Shown here: one piece after another, positions 60,528-64,000 of the stretch | Numbering within the stretch: position 1 is the first letter of the stretch | Layout: every line of letters begins with the position of its first letter | Source: Alphaproteobacteria bacterium | GTDB taxonomy: Bacteria > Pseudomonadota > Alphaproteobacteria > Rs-D84 | Length of the DNA: 64,000 bases | NCBI GenBank assembly: GCA_017443235.1 | Contig: JAFSOV010000017.1 | Span: 32,947 to 96,946 of the forward strand | Direction of reading: 5' to 3' | Notes under the pieces: model-generated | Told to the model about the DNA's origin: nothing | Database searches by the model: none | What the model saw: the letters and a program-made list of their open reading frames with translations, nothing else | Made by a program: the position numbers and the translations under genes

Positions 60528-60974
60528 ATGTCATTTCGTGCAACCGTAGAATCCATGTCAAAGATAATGGATGAAATGGGGATAACAGAACTTGATTTGG
60601 AACGTCAATTTTTATTTGGCGTGTATCGCAAGCATATACATTTATCAAAACAAACGGGGGCGGCCGTTGCGATGCCGGCGTTTCCGGTATCTGAAAATGC
60701 CAAACATACAAACAGTGAACCGTCTGATAATGCATCGTCTGGTTATGCATTGAAATCGCCGATGGTGGGGGTTGCGTACCTTGCGCCGGAACCGGGCACA
60801 AAGCCATTTACCAAGGTCGGCGCACAAATCAAGGCCGGTGATACAGTAATTTTGGTCGAAGCCATGAAGACATTCAACCCGATTAAATCCGACCGGGACG
60901 GTGTTGTCAAAGAAATCTTGGTCACCGATGGTGCGGCGGTTGAATTTGATCAACCATTGATAATTATTGAATAA
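60528..60974 (+). CDS. accB: biotin carboxyl carrier protein
   Basis: Biotinylation motif VEAMKTFN and a lipoyl-like C-terminal domain. Confidence 0.85.
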   Translation: MSFRATVESMSKIMDEMGITELDLERQFLFGVYRKHIHLSKQTGAAVAMPAFPVSENAKHTNSEPSDNASSGYALKSPMVGVAYLAPEPGTKPFTKVGAQIKAGDTVILVEAMKTFNPIKSDRDGVVKEILVTDGAAVEFDQPLIIIE

Positions 60975-60982
60975 AGACAGCT

Positions 60983-62341
60983 ATGCCAAAAATAAAAAAA
61001 GTTTTAATTGCCAATCGTGGCGAAATTGCGTTGCGAATAATTCGCGCGTGTCGCGATATGGGTATTCGTACGGTCGCGGTTTATTCGACCATTGACCGTA
61101 ATGCTATGCATGTCCAATTGGCGGACGAATCGGTGTGTATTGGCCCGGGCCCGTCCAAGGATTCATACCTTAACGAATCGGCGATATTGACGGCGGCATT
61201 GTTGACCAATGCGGATGCAATTCACCCGGGTTATGGTTTTTTATCGGAACGTGCGGACTTTGTTCAAAAGGTTGAACAGCACGGTTTAATCTGGATTGGG
61301 CCGGACGCCGCAATGATAAATAAAATGGGCGACAAAGTGAACGCCAAGAAAACCGCCATTGAATGTGGGTTGCCGGTTGTGCCGGGTTCCGATGGCGCCG
61401 TTGAAACATTGGAAGACGCATTAAAATGGGGTGAAAAAATCGGTTATCCCGTTATGTTAAAGGCGGCCGCCGGTGGTGGTGGTCGTGGTATGCGACCCGT
61501 TATGTCGGCGGACCAAATGGCCGAGGCATTCGAAATCACCAAGAACGAGGCGCGCAGTGGTTTCGGTGATGATACACTGTATATGGAAAAATTATTGTTG
61601 CACCCGCGTCATATTGAATTTCAGGTCTTGGGCGATAAACACGGCAACGTTGTAATCTTTGGTGAGCGCGATTGTTCGTTGCAAAGAAAAAATCAAAAGG
61701 TTATGGAAGAATGCCCGGCCGCGGCGTTGACCCAGAAACAGCGTGACGATATGATTGAAATTTGCAAAACGGCCGCGAAAAAAATGGGCTATACCAATGC
61801 CGGCACTTTCGAATTTATGTACGAAGGCGGAAAATTCTATTTCTTGGAAATGAATACCCGGCTTCAGGTTGAACACCCGGTAACCGAAATGGTATATGGT
61901 GTCGATTTGGTGCGCGAACAAATTCGCATTGCCGCCGGCGAGAAATTAGGCTATACCCAGGCCAATGTTATTCCGCACGGCCACGCAATCGAATTTCGTA
62001 TCAATGCCGAAGACCCGCAAGACTTTGTTCCAAACCCGGGCAAAATCACATTGTATGCGCCGTCGGGTGGATTGGGGGTGCGTGTGGACAGTGCGGTTTA
62101 TACCGGATACACGATTCCACCAACATATGATTCGATGATTGCGAAATTGATTGTTCATGCACAATCGCGTTCGGCGTGCATTATGCGTGCGGAACGTGCA
62201 TTGGACGAATTTGTTATCGAAGGTGTTAAAACAACGATTCCATTGCAAAAGAAATTGTTAAATAACCGTGATGTTCGAACATTGAACTTTGATAATCATT
62301 GGTTGGAAGAATATTTGAAAAAAGAAAATAAAAAGAAGTAA
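60983..62341 (+). CDS. accC: biotin carboxylase
   Basis: KVLIANRGEIALRIIRA, ATP-grasp motifs, EMNTRLQVEHPVTE. Confidence 0.95.
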   Translation: MPKIKKVLIANRGEIALRIIRACRDMGIRTVAVYSTIDRNAMHVQLADESVCIGPGPSKDSYLNESAILTAALLTNADAIHPGYGFLSERADFVQKVEQHGLIWIGPDAAMINKMGDKVNAKKTAIECGLPVVPGSDGAVETLEDALKWGEKIGYPVMLKAAAGGGGRGMRPVMSADQMAEAFEITKNEARSGFGDDTLYMEKLLLHPRHIEFQVLGDKHGNVVIFGERDCSLQRKNQKVMEECPAAALTQKQRDDMIEICKTAAKKMGYTNAGTFEFMYEGGKFYFLEMNTRLQVEHPVTEMVYGVDLVREQIRIAAGEKLGYTQANVIPHGHAIEFRINAEDPQDFVPNPGKITLYAPSGGLGVRVDSAVYTGYTIPPTYDSMIAKLIVHAQSRSACIMRAERALDEFVIEGVKTTIPLQKKLLNNRDVRTLNFDNHWLEEYLKKENKKK

Positions 62342-62357
62342 GTGTTAGTGGTTAGTG
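62342..62357. repeat. TTAGTGG heptads immediately after the accC stop codon
   Basis: TAA-GTGTTAGTGGTTAGTG. Confidence 0.8.
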
Positions 62358-62366
62358 CGAAAACGG

Positions 62367-62395
62367 TTGCAATTGCGGCCGTTTTTATTTATAAT
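62367..62395 (+). promoter_or_regulatory. sigma70 promoter of cassette D, embedded in the accC terminator hairpin
   Basis: TTGCAA (62367-72), 17 nt, TATAAT (62390-95). Confidence 0.65.
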
Positions 62396-62401
62396 GTTTT
62401 C

Positions 62402-62554
62402 GCATTGGGTGACAACCATTGCGGGGTCTAGAAAACCCCTTTAACACAGCAAAATCTCCACTTGGTTGGAGGGTTGCGAATATATCGAATAAGCAACACT
62501 GTTTTGTGTTACAGTTTTCTAGCCTCCAACCGTCAATCATTTTGACGGTTTTTT
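62402..62554 (+). ncRNA. structured leader RNA, cassette copy D
   Basis: S1 62428-36/62514-22. Helix 62442-54/62502-11. Hairpin 62473-97. GGTTGGAGG 62464-72 vs CCTCCAACC 62523-31, overlapping terminator 62528-50 plus a T-run to 62554. Confidence 0.7.
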
Positions 62555-62557
62555 AAT

Positions 62558-62603
62558 CCCCTTAACATTGTGAAGGGGGGGACCACCGGGGGTGATGGGG
62601 TAG
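62558..62603. repeat. REP-like unit CCCCTTAACATTGTGAAGGGG..GGGGTAG between the leader terminator and the HTH ORF
   Basis: Same family as 43914-43960 and 54259-54394. Confidence 0.65.
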
Positions 62604-62626
62604 AAAAAAAACAAAAGGAGAGAAAA

Positions 62627-62854
62627 ATGGTCACATTGGTTGATGCGAAATATTTTGGCAATCTTTTACGATTTGCACGCAGGCACAGTCGCCTAAATTC
62701 AGACGAAGTTGCAAGGATATTTTCAATATCCGTTCGGCAATTGCATAGATATGAACAGGGCAAAGAAGTAATCCCGTGTAATATTTTACAATCTTTGTTT
62801 CATCATGGATTCTGTTTGTTGCGGTGCCGACGCATACCACCAAAACACAAATAG
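62627..62854 (+). CDS. 75-aa XRE-family helix-turn-helix protein (cassette class 2)
   Basis: ATG 62627 with AAGGAG RBS. MVTLVDAKYFGNLLRFARRH...VARIFSISVRQLHRYEQGKEVIP. Paralog of 31262-31474. Confidence 0.75.
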   Translation: MVTLVDAKYFGNLLRFARRHSRLNSDEVARIFSISVRQLHRYEQGKEVIPCNILQSLFHHGFCLLRCRRIPPKHK

Positions 62855-62877
62855 AAAACGGGCGCGATTGCGCCCGC
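62854..62877. terminator. bidirectional intrinsic terminator
   Basis: GAAAACGGGCGCGATTGCGCCCGC between two convergent genes. Confidence 0.7.
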
Positions 62878-62908
62878 ACTAACCACTACCACTAACACTA
62901 ACCACTAA
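62877..62908. repeat. inverted TTAGTGG heptad array abutting the sspB stop codon
   Basis: CACTAACCACTACCACTAACACTAACCACTAA. Confidence 0.8.
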
Positions 62909-63373
62909 TCACTTCTTCCGCCGTCTAAATTCATCCAATGATACAACGCGGCCGGTGTCGGGAATTGTGTCACCCGTTCCTTCCAATGGTAATTCTATAT
63001 CATTGTCCGGTGCAGACGGTTTCGGGCGTTTATTAAACGACAATATAAAATCAACCGACGGGTCTTTGAATTCCACCAATGCCGAAAAAGGAACGCGAAT
63101 AAAAAACGGCCGCCCATCAAACGTCAATTGAACACCAAATTCTTTGTCCGACACGTGCAGGTTATTATAAGAATACTGCAACACAATCGTCATTATGTCC
63201 GGGTATCGTATACGCAGGAAATCCGGCAATACAACCCCCGCATCATGCGTGCGAAATGTTATAAAGAAATGCGTCCCGTCACCCAGTCCGTTTATCTGCG
63301 CAAAAACCAACGCATCACGCACCACAGATTTTAACGCCGTGTCCAACAAAGCCTGATAGTCTATTTTTGCCAT
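62909..63373 (-). CDS. sspB: ClpXP adaptor SspB (alphaproteobacterial type)
   Basis: HFFITFRTHDAGVVLPDFLRIRYPDIMTIVLQYSYNNLHV...FIRVPFSALVEFKDPSVDF. Confidence 0.7.
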   Translation of the reverse strand: MAKIDYQALLDTALKSVVRDALVFAQINGLGDGTHFFITFRTHDAGVVLPDFLRIRYPDIMTIVLQYSYNNLHVSDKEFGVQLTFDGRPFFIRVPFSALVEFKDPSVDFILSFNKRPKPSAPDNDIELPLEGTGDTIPDTGRVVSLDEFRRRKK

Positions 63374-63392
63374 TTTTTACCCTTGTTTGCCA

Positions 63393-64000
63393 TTAGAGTA
63401 TATTACTTATTTCCCCATCTATGCAAGTGACAAATGTTGCATCCGGCACATCGGCAAAAACACCGGCGTCCAACCCGGTCGCCCAAACCTGGGCATTGGT
63501 GGTGCCAAGTTCCGCAAAAAGCCCGGCCCGTGCATTTGCATCCAAATGTGCCGCCGCTTCGTCCAACAATATAATCGGTTGTGCGCCAATCTTGGTAAAG
63601 ATAAGTTTTGCGTGTGCCAGTATAAGGTTTAATAGAGTCGTTTTTTGCTGGCCGGTGCTGGTCAAATTCGCGGGCAAATTCAGTTTGTTATTAAACACAC
63701 CAAAATCAGATTTATTCACCCCGTCAATCACCATTTTATCGTTCACCAGATTCCTGTTGGATTTAAGGTATGATAAATATTCGCGCTCGGCATCCGCCGC
63801 ATTTGAATTCAATATCATAGATTCTACCATCCCGTCCACAGATACCGCCGCATCACGCAGGAAATAATTCACTTCACCGGCATATTGAATGCGTGCCGCC
63901 GCAATTGCCACGGCGGTTGCCGCAATTTGTGCATCAATTGCGTCCAACCAATTTGAATCTGCACCGGTCTTGATGGCACCCGCCCGTTCGGTCAATAATT
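63393..64000 (-). CDS. recF: DNA replication/repair protein RecF, C-terminal part (5' end beyond the window)
   Basis: TGQQKTTLLNLILAHAKL and ILLDEAAAHLD (signature and Walker B regions). The frame is open to the window end. Confidence 0.8.
   Translation of the reverse strand, partial: LLTERAGAIKTGADSNWLDAIDAQIAATAVAIAAARIQYAGEVNYFLRDAAVSVDGMVESMILNSNAADAEREYLSYLKSNRNLVNDKMVIDGVNKSDFGVFNNKLNLPANLTSTGQQKTTLLNLILAHAKLIFTKIGAQPIILLDEAAAHLDANARAGLFAELGTTNAQVWATGLDAGVFADVPDATFVTCIDGEISNIL

Noticed and set aside
62402-62554. Assignment of the four leader RNAs to a known class (T-box, ribosomal-protein leader, SAM/preQ1-type pseudoknot riboswitch, alpha-proteobacterial CCUCCUCCC sRNAs)
   Set aside because: There is no T-box or specifier features. 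There is no match to consensus cores I can recall. The CCUCCAACC motif differs from the aSD-rich alpha sRNA loops. I cannot run Rfam, so this stays unclassified rather than proven novel.

Overview
Gene-dense, roughly 40% GC bacterial chromosome segment (GC estimated by eye). Most of it is housekeeping:
- Translation: aspS, pheST, ileS, metG, rpmI-rplT, a type-B rpmJ, and five tRNAs.
- DNA metabolism: gyrB, topA, dnaG, ung, nth, recF.
- Cell shape: mreB, plus a tightly packed mreC-mreD-mrdA-rodA block.
- Envelope: lpxC, lpxK, a PagL-like deacylase, an MdoB-like transferase with dgkA.
- Fatty acid synthesis: fabD, fabG, accBC.

An alpha-type SspB, an isolated virB3-virB4 pair, a type-2 IleRS and a ThyX-like protein suggest a host-associated alphaproteobacterium. 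That placement is inference only.

Accessory content:
- a partial type IVb-pilus-like cluster (about 15.9-21.2 kb);
- an integrase-less islet at a tRNA-Met, bounded by 118-bp direct repeats;
- several orphan gene sets;
- many short dispersed repeats.

The strongest signal is a four-copy cassette at about 9.2-9.8, 15.5-15.9, 31.2-31.8 and 62.3-62.9 kb. Each copy sits directly 3' of a gene on the same strand and begins with TTAGTGG-type heptads. Each then has a promoter, a 150-180 nt structured leader RNA, an intrinsic terminator and a 60-75 aa ORF. The RNA helices are supported by compensatory changes between copies. A GGUUGGAGG/CCUCCAACC pairing competes with the terminator stem. I do not recognise the RNA as any named family.

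Other sequence-level observations:
- a MITE-like insertion with an 18-bp target duplication that rewrites the C-terminus of queH;
- a 24-bp direct repeat bracketing an AT-rich orphan gene;
- a conserved repeat module after the tRNA genes;
- an unannotated candidate sRNA next to tRNA-Val.

Nothing here was checked against databases. All protein calls rest on motifs I recognise in the supplied translations.
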